Positions 1 through 13,157 are shown, counted from the stretch's first letter. The stretch: 64,000 bases of DNA from Atractiella rhizophila (GCA_021432655.1 MU271293.1:1-64000); one strand, 5' to 3'. The notes: generated by a model not told the origin, from the sequence alone. A program made the numbers and translations.

Positions 1-943
1 TCGGGAACAGGTACTTCGGATCTGTCAATATCGTCTCTCCTCAGTTCTTCGATGCCCCACCAAATGGTTTACACCCTGCCAATTCAATCATTTGAACAAA
101 TTGTTGATAGTTTCGCTGCTGGGTCCAGGTATTATGGGGATGGGATTTCAAACCATCGCCAACTCGGGAAAGCCATCCTTCGTTGAAAATCTCATCGCTA
201 GCAATCGACTGAAGCAAAATCTCACCGCCTTCTACCTCACTCGCGGAGAAGAAAATGGATCGATGCTCTCCATTGGACAAGTCGACGAATCCAAGTACAC
301 CGGTAGAATCGCGTACACGGATGTCACGAGAAAAGGCTACTGGTTAGCCTTCAGCCTTCCTCTTGGGATCGCCTAGCTGAAGCATTGGTGTAATACAGGC
401 AGGTCGCTGCTCAGGAACCCGTGGTTGGAGGAAAAAGCGTTGGATCCTCCTACCCTGCTGCCATCGATACCGGTTGGTCTTGTTTCTCGCTTTACCAGTC
501 CAGTGGGAGTGAACTCTGCTTGTTTGGTGCGGGCTGATACAGGAACGACTTTGATTTATCTGCCTAAAGCGGTTGCTAAAGCGATTTACGATGCGATTCC
601 TGGTGCCACACTCGACAAGACGGATAGCGCTTCTGGCGGGGCGGACATCTACCAGTTTCCCTGCGCCGCTTCCTCTCCAGCGCTCCCCACCATCGCACTC
701 GCATTCGAAGGCATCACACAAGCCCTGGAAGTTGATTCTAGGGATTTTAACCTTGGTTTAAGCGGCGAGAGCAAGACCGGAGACGAACTTTGCGTTGGTG
801 GAATCTTTGGAATGGATTTCAAGACCCAAGATGGGAATATGGCTATTGTTGGTGATGAGTTCTTGAAGTCTTGGTACTCTGTTTATGACTATGGAGATGG
901 TGCTACCGCGAGGGTTGGTTTTGCTCGTTCTAAAAACGAGTAA
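1..943 (+). CDS. Pepsin-like aspartic protease (family A1), 5'-truncated by window edge, multi-exon
   Basis: GIMGMGF...FYLTRG...LSIGQVDESKYTGRIAY...KGYW, then spliced second catalytic motif AIDTG|TTLIYLP and C-terminal IVGDEFLKSWYSVYD...VGFA; stop at 941-943. Confidence 0.93.
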
Positions 944-1191
944 ACAACTGGTCGCCTACTTCAATTTCTGATCTTATGTCCTTCGAATTTCGTGTTAACG
1001 ATATCTTGATGTGCAATTATAATTCGCCATGTGATCTTGAGACTTGAAACCAAGGCACACGCTCATTAACGCATGGGAATCATGAAGGCACATCTTTACG
1101 ATGTTTGAATAGGAGTATGAGCACTTTGAGGATATCCGACATACCTACCAACATAGATACAGCACCGAAACTTCTCCTGAGAAGTCTTCAA

Positions 1192-4100
1192 TCAAACCAG
1201 CTTTTTCCAATCATCCTGCTGCTTCCCCTTCCAGATATAACCTACAGCCACCAACACTAGCACAAGGAACACAGCGAAGAAAAGAAGTTTGTTTGGTTGT
1301 AGGCGCTCCTCATTATCCTTATTGATTTTTTCTACCGTCTTCTGTATCGACTCTGATGTGCGTTTGTTTTCGTGCAAACGCTGACTGAGATCCCTTTGTG
1401 CTCGATTTACGTCGTTCTGTCAAGCAAGGCCCTCATTCAGTATTGTTCGGTCTTATTGGAGAGTGGAACGGCGTACTTTGCATTGCTCAACTTGAGTCTT
1501 TACTAGTCGAAGCTCCTCTGCCAACGCGCTTACGACTCGCGCAACGTGAGAAATGTTGTCTTCAAGCGGTCCGTGTAGATTCTGCTCTCGGATTGTTGTG
1601 ATGACTGAAGAGATTGCGTCACTGATACGTTGTTCAATCCCCTTAATGCGTTCATCCAATCTGAACGTTCGAGATATTGTCAGTTTTACTATTTCTTTCA
1701 GGAGAGGGTGACAAGGAGGACGTACAAGTCGTAACCTTTGCTGTGTATGCTTCCCGCACTAGCTCCTCCGGCGTTGGAGAGTCTTCCAGCCAAAGCAGCA
1801 ATATTGCGATCCATCTGTTCTTGCTGTAGAAGTAGTTGCCTCAGCGCGTTATCGCCCTCCTGTTCCAATTATAAGCCACGTCAGTCATAAGCCAGCTATC
1901 GCAGGCCGTAAACTCACGCCGCTGCCAGTGGTTTGTGGAGCACCATAGTTCACTTCGTTAAACCTCTTCCTCGCCTCGTCCCTCTGCCTCATGATCTCCT
2001 GCATATTCTCATACGCATAGGGGTCGACCTTCTTCACTGCTCCGACGAGTTCTGTCATCTCGAACTGATAAACGTCCACCCCAGAGATTTTCGATCCTCG
2101 TCCACCACCTGTTTCAGTCTCGTCGTGGGACGAGCCGGTGAATCCGGAGTAATAGTTCGGTGGAAGTTCGATCCCCTCTACTTTGAGGCAGGGCGTGCTG
2201 TAGACGCGGTCCATTCCCGAGCTGGCAGTCATCCCGATAGGTGCGTCCTTTTCTGAAAGGTCAAGATCGACCTGCATTCTGTCAACCGGATTCTTTGTTC
2301 GGGCGAAAGAAAACTCACCCGGATGGTGCTGTTCACATGCGCGACTCGCACCCAGATCATGCCCTGGGACGAAAGAAGATCTGCCATGCACTGTTGCCAG
2401 ACCAAATCTCAATATACACCCACCACCAAAAGCATCGATGACGCACCTCTCCAATTGTGTTGTCCCTATACGTGGGCGTTCCTTGCTCATTCATCCATGT
2501 CCCAGTCCCATCATCCATGACTCCTGAAATGACAGCCTGTTGGTTGTCAGACTTGAGATCGATGACGATTCCCAACCCTTCAAATGGCGGTTTTTGTCCG
2601 AAAAAGCTCGCGCCGGAAAGTGCTGGAACTGCTGGACGGGCAGTATACCAGAAAGCGAGGCCACGGGGCACAGAGGGGGTTGCGCCTTCCCATTGTTGCT
2701 TCATAAGAAGGTTGATCAGGAGATGAACAAGAAACAAATACCGTTACCCACTACACGGAAAGCAAACTCGGCAACCCAGTATTTACTCTTGCTTGGTTCT
2801 TTTGAGTATATCGACCCTATGTGAACACGATGGATGGATGAGTATTAAGGGAGACTGAGGAACAACGAAAAAGCACACCTTGGGTCATACGTGCAGCAAA
2901 AGTAGTAGGATTGAGGAGGCGGAAGTAAGAGGATTTGAGAGAGTTTGGGAGAGCCACGGGGTGTCTAGCAGCTAAGTAAGTATGTTAGACTTGTGAAGGT
3001 GAAAAAGATATTCCTTTCAGATTAGTCAAACTGCATGTTAGGCCGCAGCAAATGGATCTAGATAGAAACTGCAACAGTGGTACGGGGTTTGGAAATTATC
3101 CCTTTCTTCCCCGCGCTTCTTGTTTCAGTTCTATCTCAATCCATACTGAGACAAAATCATGCTTAGCATAGGAACCAGAAACCAGAGCTACGTAGTTATT
3201 TCTCCAAGATAAGGAAATGTATTAGAAAGCCAGAAAAATGAGTGGTGACAATGTCACCTTCTGGTATTGCAGCGGCAGTATGAAACTTAAGCAATGGGCA
3301 TATTGAACAAAATAGTACTCAAGTACTCTATTACGGCATTTATTGGCAAGAAGGCGAGGCAAAAATCCTACACTCTGGAGCCACAAACCGAGCGCCAACA
3401 AATCTGGCTGCAAGTCGTAAGTCCAAGGCTCGGTTTCTCTTAGCAACATTGTTCGAGCAATGCTAGCCTCAGCAACGAATGTTCCCCCCTCCTTGCTTCC
3501 TGGTTCTTACGACAGGCGGAGTTTACTCAAGCGAGGGAATCAAGAATAACATTGACTTAGATGAAAGGTTCCATTGCCATTAACTCTAGGTAATCTTCGG
3601 CTTCGCCTGGGTTCCACATCAAACCGCCACATATCGATGTCGAGAGGCTGATCAAGCAGCATGCTGTGAAACTTCTTACGATGTAAGGAAAATGGAACTA
3701 AAGCGCTGGGCAAATTCCGAGGGACTAAAGGGCTACCTCTGAATATTTATCCCTCATTATCATGCTGTAGAATGAGAAATAGAATTTAACTCCTCTAAAA
3801 GAAGATTTTATACGTCAAAGGCGTGACGAATCTGGTAGGACGGAAACACAATGTTTAGCTTCTGCTGCACTGAACAAGTTGCTCGAGCGATGCGGGATTG
3901 AAGGATAAATGAGACAGAGAGACTGCAATCTGTTTACATGGGACTTCATTCTGCATTTGCATGAATGAAGGCGACATATCATGGTGCCCTTTGAATTTCG
4001 TGTTGAGTATTGTCAGGCTATTCGGGCCTTCACAACCGCATTGACACCGCCAACAGCGATTTTCCAGACCCATCATTGCTCCCATGAAAGGGAGAACACA

Positions 4101-4444
4101 AAAAAAACTCACCCAAATCCCTGAAAGACCCAATTATCGACATTAGTCTCCTGGACACCAGTCCAACTCCACCCCTCTCCCTTCCACTCTCCTCTACTCC
4201 CCTTTCCTCCATTCCACCCTCCTTCCGTTGCGACATCGTCCGTCCAATCAGTTAATCCGTTGGCCGTCGTGGGCGGCGCAGAGCCCATGTTCCCCGCGGC
4301 TGCTCGTCCGATCGGCGCTCTGCCTGAGTACAGCTGAGCAGCAGCCGGAACGCGCTGCCCCCCGGCTCCTCGACCGGTGGAGAAGTCCGGGACGCGCTGG
4401 GAGGTGGTGAGCGGGAGAAGGGCGAGGAGAAGGGGAAGTAGCAT
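1192..4444 (-). CDS. L-type (legume-like) lectin cargo receptor, ERGIC-53/Emp46/47-like, type I membrane protein
   Basis: Signal peptide MLLPLLLALLPLTTS in exon 1 (4444-4113). Spliced lectin motifs YFRLL..QGSIYSKEP..WVAEFAFRV..GLAFWY..FEGLGIVID; coiled-coil stalk; C-terminal TM LLFFAVFLVLVLVAVGYIW and di-lysine tail KKLV. The 5' exon link relies on a 1148-nt intron. Confidence 0.85.
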
Positions 4445-4610
4445 GGTGCTTGGATTCGGAAGGAAGGAAGGAAAGAGTGGTTTCGGTTCGTAGTCGACGT
4501 GTCACGATCGGAGCATCTTGCGACCACGCGCGTCTCCGTGCGCCCTATTATTGGTGAACTTATTTCTTGCAGCTCGTTATTATATTTTGATTAACCTCTA
4601 AAGCATAAAG

Positions 4611-5824
4611 ATGCAAGCTGTTCTGAGACGTAGGTATTATTTTGCTGACATATATGTACTAATTATATAAAAGGCACTTCGATTTTTGTCGCACGAAATC
4701 GCCCCTTCGCTCCCAGCCAATGCCTTGAGCTTCGTCCTATTCCCCTTTCCCGTCCTGGGCTGAACCACATTCGAACATTCTCTTCCACTCCTCTGCGACT
4801 ATCCTCAACGACAGGGGAGAAAGTTGAACAGGCAGCAGAAGCTGTTAAAGAGGAAGTGGAGGATTTGACGACGCGGTTGAGGGGTGCATTGAAGGAGGGA
4901 ATGAAGGCACGGGACAAGTTTAAGACGGGCGTACTCCGTGTTCGTCTTTCCTCCTCACCTCTTGTCTACTGTTCCTTTTCTCTGATATCCGCATTTTTAA
5001 CGCGTGGGGAACTCACTGTCTGAATACCTGCTTGTCTTATCCATGCACAAGTTTTTTTTTTGACTTTTTCCTTACAATAATTGAGAGTCGAAGTACTGTA
5101 ACAATTAACCTCGCTTCAGTTTTCTCCAGTGCAACAAATGCAATGGAGAGCTTTATCGTCAAAGACCAGCCCACTGAAACTGATTTTCATATTCATTCAT
5201 CTTAAAGCAGCAGGAGCATCAAAACCGCGACCAGGCTTGCCTTAACCTGCCAGTTCGCAACCTCAAAGCAGCTGACAGCTTCTTTTTTCACTTTTTTTTT
5301 GAGCATACATAAAATCTACCCTCATGGCAACGGTACCAGCTAAGCTTTCAAGCTTCAGGATCAATTTTGGTAGCATGAAAGCAGAAGACAGGTATCCTGC
5401 GCTCCTTCCAGCGTCTAGATTGAGTAGTATTGAGCATTCCAAAATCGCTGCCTCACATTTTTCAACCTACACACTCTTACACAATTATTCTCATGCACTC
5501 TTTCGCTCAGCATTACAAAAACCACATTCTAATGTCCTTAACATCTAGTCCACACTCGGCGAACTCGAAACGCTCTCCAAAAAATCACCAACTCCACCAA
5601 CGCCCAAGTTCCTCCAAAAGTCATTAATAACATTAATCACGCGTCGAATCGAGGCGCGATACAAGTTCATGGCGTCTGACAACCCACCTACAGAGCTGAT
5701 CGAGCAATACGAGAGGGAGGAGGAGTTTTTGGTCGGTTTCTTGGGCGAGGAGGAAAGAGAGATTGTGAGGAAGAAGGGAGAGAAAGTCAGGGAGGGCATG
5801 GAGAGGAAGAAGGAGGGTAAGTAG
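4611..5824 (+). CDS. AIM41: GatB/YqeY-domain mitochondrial protein (Aim41-like)
   Basis: Arg/Ser-rich presequence-like N-terminus (MQAVLRRTSIF...IRTFSSTPLR), YqeY-like LTTRLRGALKEGMKARDKFKTGVLR|STLGEL...LITRRIEARYKF...ELIEQYEREEEFL; a short first intron and a second intron 4940-5548. Not in the ORF track. Confidence 0.75.
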
Positions 5825-6346
5825 AAGAGGGCCGAGGGTGGTTGTGTTTGCGCTTTACGCTTGCAACGGGAATACTATGTTGGAACACCTCTCAAATCTC
5901 AGACCCCAGGCTCGCCTACCGTGACTATGGGCTCATTGTCCCAGCACGGCATTGTACAATACATGCGCCGTCGTCACTCTCTATGAGCAGGGTATTTTTG
6001 CTCAAATAATACATCCAGCAGTGAAGAGGCTCGAAGGCTCCGATATGCCCGGTTTGAAGCAAGGCGAGAAGTAATCTAATACCAGTGAGAGAGTGAGGAT
6101 GCCACGGAGTAGGGTTCCAGCTTGCTACCTCCTTGAGAGACCTATTTTAGCATACCATTCAATGTTACTCCTGCTCGCCACTTCGCTCGAACCCACCAGG
6201 ACTCCTGAGCACTCGCTCATTCGCCTGACTCTCCTCTGCCGCTCTCCCACTGCAGGGTGAAGCAAGAAGGAGTTCAGCATAAAAGGGCAACGATGGCACA
6301 CTCATCCCATTCACTCATACTCTTAGTTGCCACCTTTATTGACAAA

Positions 6347-7821
6347 ATGTTTCCTTGCACCAGTCCCCTCTTTCTCTCCCTCCTCCTGACAACCTCCCTT
6401 GCGAAGACATACACCATCTACGCCGGGACATTCAGCAACCAAATCCTCACCTTCGAGTACGAAGACTCGCAGAACGGCCTCCAACTGATAAACAACCAAA
6501 AACTCGGCGCTCCGTTCAACAACTCTGCGCCTGCTTGGTTCGAGCCGTTTCGAACGCCAGGGCAGACTAAACGCTCGAGGTTCCTCACCGTCGATGAGGC
6601 TGATCAGGCTGAAGGAAAGGTTCAGATTCTCGAACCACATGGAAAAGGCGTCAGACTCATCGCTTCTGTTCCTTCGGGAGGTGCGCTTCTCCATTCTTTA
6701 CATTTGTAAACGGTAGTAACGGAGTCATGATGTAGGTGAAACACCTGCTCATGTAGGGACCACCAATGATGGTTAGTCTACAGACCTTTCACTGGAAATA
6801 ACGCTTATGCAAATCGATAGGAAAATGGGCAATCGTTGCAAACAGATGTAGGTTTCTCATATTCATGGAGAAATTCCCGTCAACTCAACATCCGTCCCCA
6901 AACCAAGTTGGTGTAATTCAAGCCGCTCCACTCAACTCAGACGCCAGCGCCTTTGGCACCATTCAGACCTTCAATGTCACCAGCACCTCGGACACACCAT
7001 CACATCCTCACCAAGCGCTTAACACGCCAACTGGGACGATGTTCATCATCGACAAAGATGGTACGTTGCGTTAACGACTCCTTGTCGAAAATAAAAGACG
7101 GCGTGCCTTAGGTGACGCTGTTCACGAAATCGCTTTAAACAAGAGTGGAAATTGGGAAGTCATCAAAGTCAACCCCATCACTCCTATAGGCAGTGGACCA
7201 CGACATGGAGTGTTTTCTTCAGATGGTGAGTTTGTTCTTTCGAGTAGGCTCCGACTAAACAGAGCTGAGCTGAAAAGGGTACAGGTTCCGTCTTCTACCT
7301 TCTGAACGAATACCTCAACACGCTCTACATCTTCAAAGTCTCCAAAACAACTCCCATCGGCCTCACTCTCGTCACTCAAACCTCTATCCTCCCACCAAAC
7401 GCCAAGCCTCTCGCTCAAGTTCCAATTCTTCAAGCGGCCGAGATCTTGCTCTCAAACGATGGCAAATACCTCTATTGTTCGAATCGGTACATTCTAATCC
7501 CAATCTCCATCTTCTTAACCATCACGGCTGACAAAGAATGGGAACAGGGACGAGGATCATCCTCAAGGGGACGCGATCGCGATTTTCAAGTTGACAAGCC
7601 CCACGACGGTCAGTGAGCCAACGTTCATGCGAACCGAGGGCATACATCCCCGAGGAATGGTCTTTTTTGGAGAGAACGATGAATTCCTTGTTGTGGGAAA
7701 TGAATTTTCGTGGAGCGTGGTGGTTTTCAAGAGAGATATACAGTCTGGTGCGCTCACTTTGAAAACGATGTTGGATCTTCCAAAGGATACTCAAGTCTCA
7801 ACTTTCTTGGTTGATCCTTGA
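6347..7821 (+). CDS. Secreted lactonase-family 7-bladed beta-propeller (6-phosphogluconolactonase/YkgB-like)
   Basis: Signal peptide, then IYAGTF, SHPHQA, GSGPRHGVFS, AAEILLSNDGKYLYCSNR and GIHPRGM motifs across short exons. Confidence 0.85.
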
Positions 7822-8224
7822 TGCCTTCATCTTTGAACATGGATAATCAACTCTCGTATCATTCACTTTATTGACATTGAAGAACAGCAATAATTTTTTT
7901 ATAATGAGATACGCGTTTTCATCATAATTTTAAAAGAAGCCAATATATTTGCGAAAGATAGCTCCATTTATTGGACATGAATGTTATTCTTCTTCCGGCT
8001 CAATGGAAATGAGGTGAACTGCTTTACAGCTCTTCAAAATCCAGCAGGTTAAACAACCTAAGCGGAAGACACGCTCCACATTTCCTTCGTCGCATTTAGG
8101 GAGTATCCTTGAGGTTTTCTGGCACATACAACGCGTCGTGCTCCTACCACTGCCGCGAACAACAGAGAGACATTGTTCACTCCCGCTTCACACCTAGATA
8201 AGGAAAAAGCACACACCTTCTATT

Positions 8225-8518
8225 CTACACCTTCTTCACTTCTTCACCCACTCCTCCCTCTCCCTTTCCTTTCACCCCTTCCCTCCCTAAATTGAACGAG
8301 ACGCCCCTCCCATAGCTCCTCCACAACTCGGCGACCTCAACCGTCTTCTCGTTGTACGCGTTCACCGTCGCGAGCGCTTCGGAGAGGTGGACAGTGGCCG
8401 ATAGAAGTTTGTCCTAGTTCTCTGTTAAGAGGAAGGAAGATGAAGTGAAGGAGAGACGGACGACGTTGGTTTGGATGCGCTTGAGGATCACAACTTGTTG
8501 GTCCTCGTGCGGGTCCAT
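8225..8518 (-). CDS. DAD4: DASH/Dam1 kinetochore complex subunit Dad4
   Basis: Two exons (intron 8414-8461): MDPHEDQQVVILKRIQTNV|DKLLSATVHLSEALATVNAYNEKTVEVAELWRSYGRGVSFNL..., matching the Dad4 pattern (PHE..Q..IL.RI..NV....Y...V.FNL). Missed by the ORF track. Confidence 0.85.
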
Positions 8519-8793
8519 ATTTCGTTCAGTTTACGACTTTTCTTTGTAGCGGATACCTCGTTCTGCTTCTCCTCCGTATATAGCCTGCAGTAAAATTACA
8601 AGACAACGGTGGTGGAGTGAGATTTGGTCGTTCTGTTTGTTACATGATCGAATCCAGTCACGGGATTCGGGAGCAGTGATCTCAAACGACCGACTCGACT
8701 CATCAGCTTAGCTTCGCTTCCCTTTAAAAGCTACTTCTTTCGCTTCTGTATTCCTACCTATATCTTTTCTTTGTATCTGTATAACCGACCAAA

Positions 8794-11700
8794 ATGCCCC
8801 CTCGCGGCTCATCCAGAGGTAGATCCTCACCACGCGGCACCTCAACTCCCGATCGCACGTTCCGGGGTCGCGGAAATGGACGCGGGGGAGATCGAGGGAA
8901 CGGGAGTCCACGAGGGAATTGGAGTCCCCGTGGACGGGGTGGGAGGGGTGGAGGATCGTTCAATGCGAATGTGAACGTGAATGCGGGAGCTGGGGGCAAT
9001 TGGACTCCGAATGGGAGAGGTGGTGGTGGTGGTGGTTGGGCTGGGAGAGGAGGTAGAGGAAGAGGGAGGGGCGGAGGGACCAATAGGGATTGGAAGGCTG
9101 TGGGGTTCGATTATTCGGCTGCTGATTTGAGGGAGAGGGAGAAGGTGAGAAGTGGTTTGGGAGGGATGGGGAATGCGAAGGAGAAGGAGAAGGAGAAGGA
9201 AATTGAGGTCGATTGGAACGAGTTGGGCAATGTGGAGTTGGGATATAGCAGCGAAGGTGCGTTTTTGTTCTTGCTTCGATGTCGAAGGCAAGCTCAGATG
9301 TCCTCCCTCCATACATTGGGAATGTCTGGGCTGTTTACTTGAGGATTGGATCTTTCATCTGCATGCTTTTTGTGAAGGCGGGAGCCGCCATGCTATCGAA
9401 GAGTAGTTCTCATATTCTTCTGTCTCTTTTACTACAGCAGTGCAGTCAGAAGGAGAGCATGCCGAAGGAGAGGCATGCTCAGAGAAGACTAAGGAGCAAT
9501 AATTGTCATTCTCAATGTAACTTCCAACAACCACATTGTCTGTACAACGTGGTGCAGTGCTCTGGGAAACGAAAACGAGGACGATTTACTTGGCTCGTTG
9601 GGTTGTGTTAGGATCGTCCTACGCACTTCTCCAGAACCCATATCATCCTTTTCAATGAGGTCCTTTCCTTCTAATGATCTATGTGTTTTCTTTCGAGCTG
9701 CAACATTTGCAGAACGCAACAAGAGACAATCGGTTTCCTCATGCAATTGTCACATTATTTGGTACAGTCAGAATTATACGAGTTTCCTGGCTCTTGTTCC
9801 TCAACGATTGTACTTGAAATGGGACAACTACGTTCCAAGGTCTGGTGAAACCCCCATTAAACCGTCCGTGTATAGGCAACATTACATTACATACACTTCA
9901 GTTCTATTTTGCTCTTGTTCTGAGCATGCCGTCATTCCACTGTTCCGTCACACGGTTGATGGGAATGAATAGATCCTCTCCTACTCCTGGAGCCAAACCC
10001 GCGTCCACCGACCGGATACAACGTCCCACCTTCTCGTCGTCACCAAATCTATACCCACAACCCCTACACTGCCCAATCCGTTTTTGCACGCGCTCCCCCG
10101 CCACCTGCAGAACAAGCACCAGCACCAGAAGCGTCTGCATCTGCATCAGCAGAAGAGACATTCCAAGACGTCCGTCCAGGACGAGCGGGCCTGGGAAGCT
10201 CTGCCGCCGTCGCTGCGCTGAAAGGAGGTCGGGGAATGGGGACGACGAAGTTTTTTGTGGCTTCTAATCCGAAGTTTAGGAAAGCGATCGGTTTCGTGCC
10301 TGCGACTGAGTTGACGGTCAATGCGATGAAAAAGCTTGAGACTAAGAAAGCTGAGGATGTTCAGGCTGGGATGGAGGTCATTTTTGAGGAAATGGAGAAG
10401 AGGGTCGAGGTGGCTAGTGATGGAGAGGAAAGCGATGGAGAGGATGAAGATGCTGATATTGTGGAAGGAGACGAGACTATGATCGAGGGAACGTTCGCTC
10501 TTCCCCCACCCTCCATTCAGATCGTACAGCAATCTATCCATCCTACTGCCCGCGATCTTGACGTGGACGCCGTGGAACCTGTTCCCGCGGTCAGTGATTC
10601 GCAATCGTCTTCGACCCCAACTTCGTCTCTAGCACAGTCCTCCATCGACACACCAACGCATAATCCGCCCCAATCTCCCGACATCTCTCTAGTCTATAAA
10701 ACCCATCATTTGCTCGCAAGACATGTCGGCGACTCTCCGACCGTGAGCGAACTAGCTTTGAGTCCCAGATTTCCGAAGGAGGTAGCTAGGCTACGGAAGT
10801 GGAAGGGCGCAGAAAGCGATTCAGGAGGAGATTCAGATGTGTGGGATGACGGGGGCCGTCGGAGAATGGGACTCGGAATGGAGCACACGCAAGATGGTCA
10901 CCATCCGTCACGTCTGGGACTGCAAAGAATCGAATATTCCTCAACTTCTCAGTCTCCTGATGAATCCATTAGCGTCGCTGCAGAGGAAGAGTTATTCTTT
11001 TTGGACGCAACGGGAGAGAAGACGGTCGTGGAACCGTTGGATCAAGCCTCGGATAACATGGCGACTCTGGAACCTGTGAGCGGCACTGCCTTTCAGGGGG
11101 GAGCGGAAGGGAGCGATGACGAAGATGATAATGTCGTTTACGTTCCCCCATCTCTTTCACGACTACCTGACTCGAGTTCACTCGCTGTACCTCAGACGGA
11201 AGCTCCTCCTAAGATTACTGTCACACCACCTTCTACTTCTCCTCGCGTGGAAGCAGTTGCGGGTCCCGGTGGAATCATCAAAATCGAAGAAGACATAACC
11301 ATGTTTCTCGACATCCCCGGAAGCACTTCGGTGACCCAAGCGTCATCTAAACCACCTCTGATAAAGTCGAAGAAAGCGCTTAAGCAGCAGCGAAGGGCAG
11401 AGAAAAAGCAGAAGAGGAGGGAAAAGAAGAGGGAGAGAAGAGAGGAGAACAATATCTCAAAGAAGGGGAAGCGTAAGCAGGAGGGCCATGGGAAGAGGAG
11501 GAAATCCTTTGATTTGGCGCCGAGAGAAGATGACAGCGACCTCGATTGGGGTTCCAATGGACCACCTTCTGGTCCGTCAGAGGACGAGAACGACGTTTCC
11601 GTTGTAGTTCGACAGGAAGAGTCACATGCTAAAGTGAAGAAAGCAAAGCAATCCACTCGTGATGCAGCGTTGGAGGACTACCTCCAGAACATAGGCGACG

Positions 11701-13157
11701 GAGAAGATTCAACGGGAGGCTCAGCTAATGCGGACAGATTGGTTGACGTAGAACCATTGAAGCGAATCGCCGAGACACTGGGGACTAACCAACAGTCCAT
11801 GTACGACTTAGAAGTTGAGGAACAACTAGGTGCTGCACACGAAGAGCAAGAAGATGCCGAAGGCTGGCACACAAGCAGCGATTCCGATAGTGATAGTGAT
11901 GGAGAAGCTGCGATTGCGAACGACGAGTCTATGGTGGTGGACGTCGACGAGATACCAAGCGATGATGAGGATGCAGACGTGGTGATGGAGCGCAAGAAGG
12001 CGAAAGGGAAACAGCGAGAGGTTGACCTTGAATACTCTGAGGGGGAAAGGGAAGTAGTGGAGGCGTTCAATGCTTTCGACGAATTTGGGGCTTTAGCAGA
12101 GGAGCTAGAGATGATGGAGGTACGTCTCATCTACAGTATTCTACCATTGTATTTTCTGAAAAGTTTTCAATAGAAGTTGGAAGGAGGCTCAAAAGGCAAG
12201 AAAAAGCAGAAAGCACTCCTTCTTAATGCTCTTCGCGAGGAGATATCCGTTCGTTTCAAAGATGATCCATTCTTCGGTGGAGGTCCAAGTAAGCCTCTAC
12301 TTGGCCGAAAAGCACTGGTTGATTAAGCATTGGGATAGAACGTAAAAAACAAGCTCCTCAATTCACATCAGAGGATATTTTTGCGGACGAACTGCAAGCT
12401 AAATGGGAGGCTGACCGTCATAAAAAAGGCGAGATTAAGAGGAAACGTGCAGCCGATCGGGCAGCGGATGCGGATGCCAGTTCGAGAGTGCAAAAGAAAG
12501 ACAAAAACTAGAGCATGGCCTTCGATGACCTTCGCAATATCAATCAACAAATCAGGGATTGGCTTATGCTCGAACCAGGCAAAGAGTCCTTATCCCTACC
12601 TCCAATCTCCAAAAAGACTCGTGCTGCAGTGCACCTCCTTGCTCAGGTACCCTTCGCTACTAGTCATCCTTCCGCTATTCTAACTTTATGTTCTTATAGG
12701 CGTACAGCTTGTCAAGTCACAGCATTGGGAAAGGCAAGGAACGTTTTCCCATTCTGGAACGCACACCGCTCTCGAGCGTTATCGGGTGCGACGAAGGACG
12801 AATCCGTGCCATTTTACGATCAGACGAAAAAGACGGTCCACTCCCGCGCTGGCGCACTGAAAAGCAGGAAGCGAAACGAAGAGCGCGCGTTTACGGGCAG
12901 GTAGCGAAGGTCGGAAGTCTAGTAGCGGTGTGAGGATCGTTGGGGAATCGGCGAAGAAGCTGGGGGATGACAATATTGGATACAAATTGTTAGCTAGGAT
13001 GGGGTGCGTCGGCGTCGTCTTTCTCTCGCAGTGAGCAGGTTGCTGACTGGGTGCACCTTGCAGATGGAACGAAGGCATGAAGATGGGGTTGACGGGTGGA
13101 TTGGAAGAGCCCATCGCAGCAAAGATTAGGAGCAAGGGGAGTGGCTTAGGTGCTTGA
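8794..13157 (+). CDS. SQS1: Sqs1/Pfa1-like R3H + G-patch protein (Prp43 cofactor)
   Basis: RGG-rich N-terminus, long acidic region, R3H-like LPPISKKTRAAVHLLAQ|AYSLSSHSIGKGKERFP, terminal G-patch DNIGYKLLARMGWNEGMKMG...EPIAAKIRSKGSGLGA*. Confidence 0.85.

Noticed and set aside
425..545. ADTGTT in the track ORF as the catalytic motif, with an odd N-terminal extension
   Set aside because: The true motif is AIDTG|TT formed by splicing; the intron end (gctgatacag) only mimics it.
3990..4080. Box C/D snoRNA in the lectin intron (ATGATGG...CTGA, minus strand)
   Set aside because: Box C is imperfect, and I recognised no terminal stem or rRNA-complementary guide.
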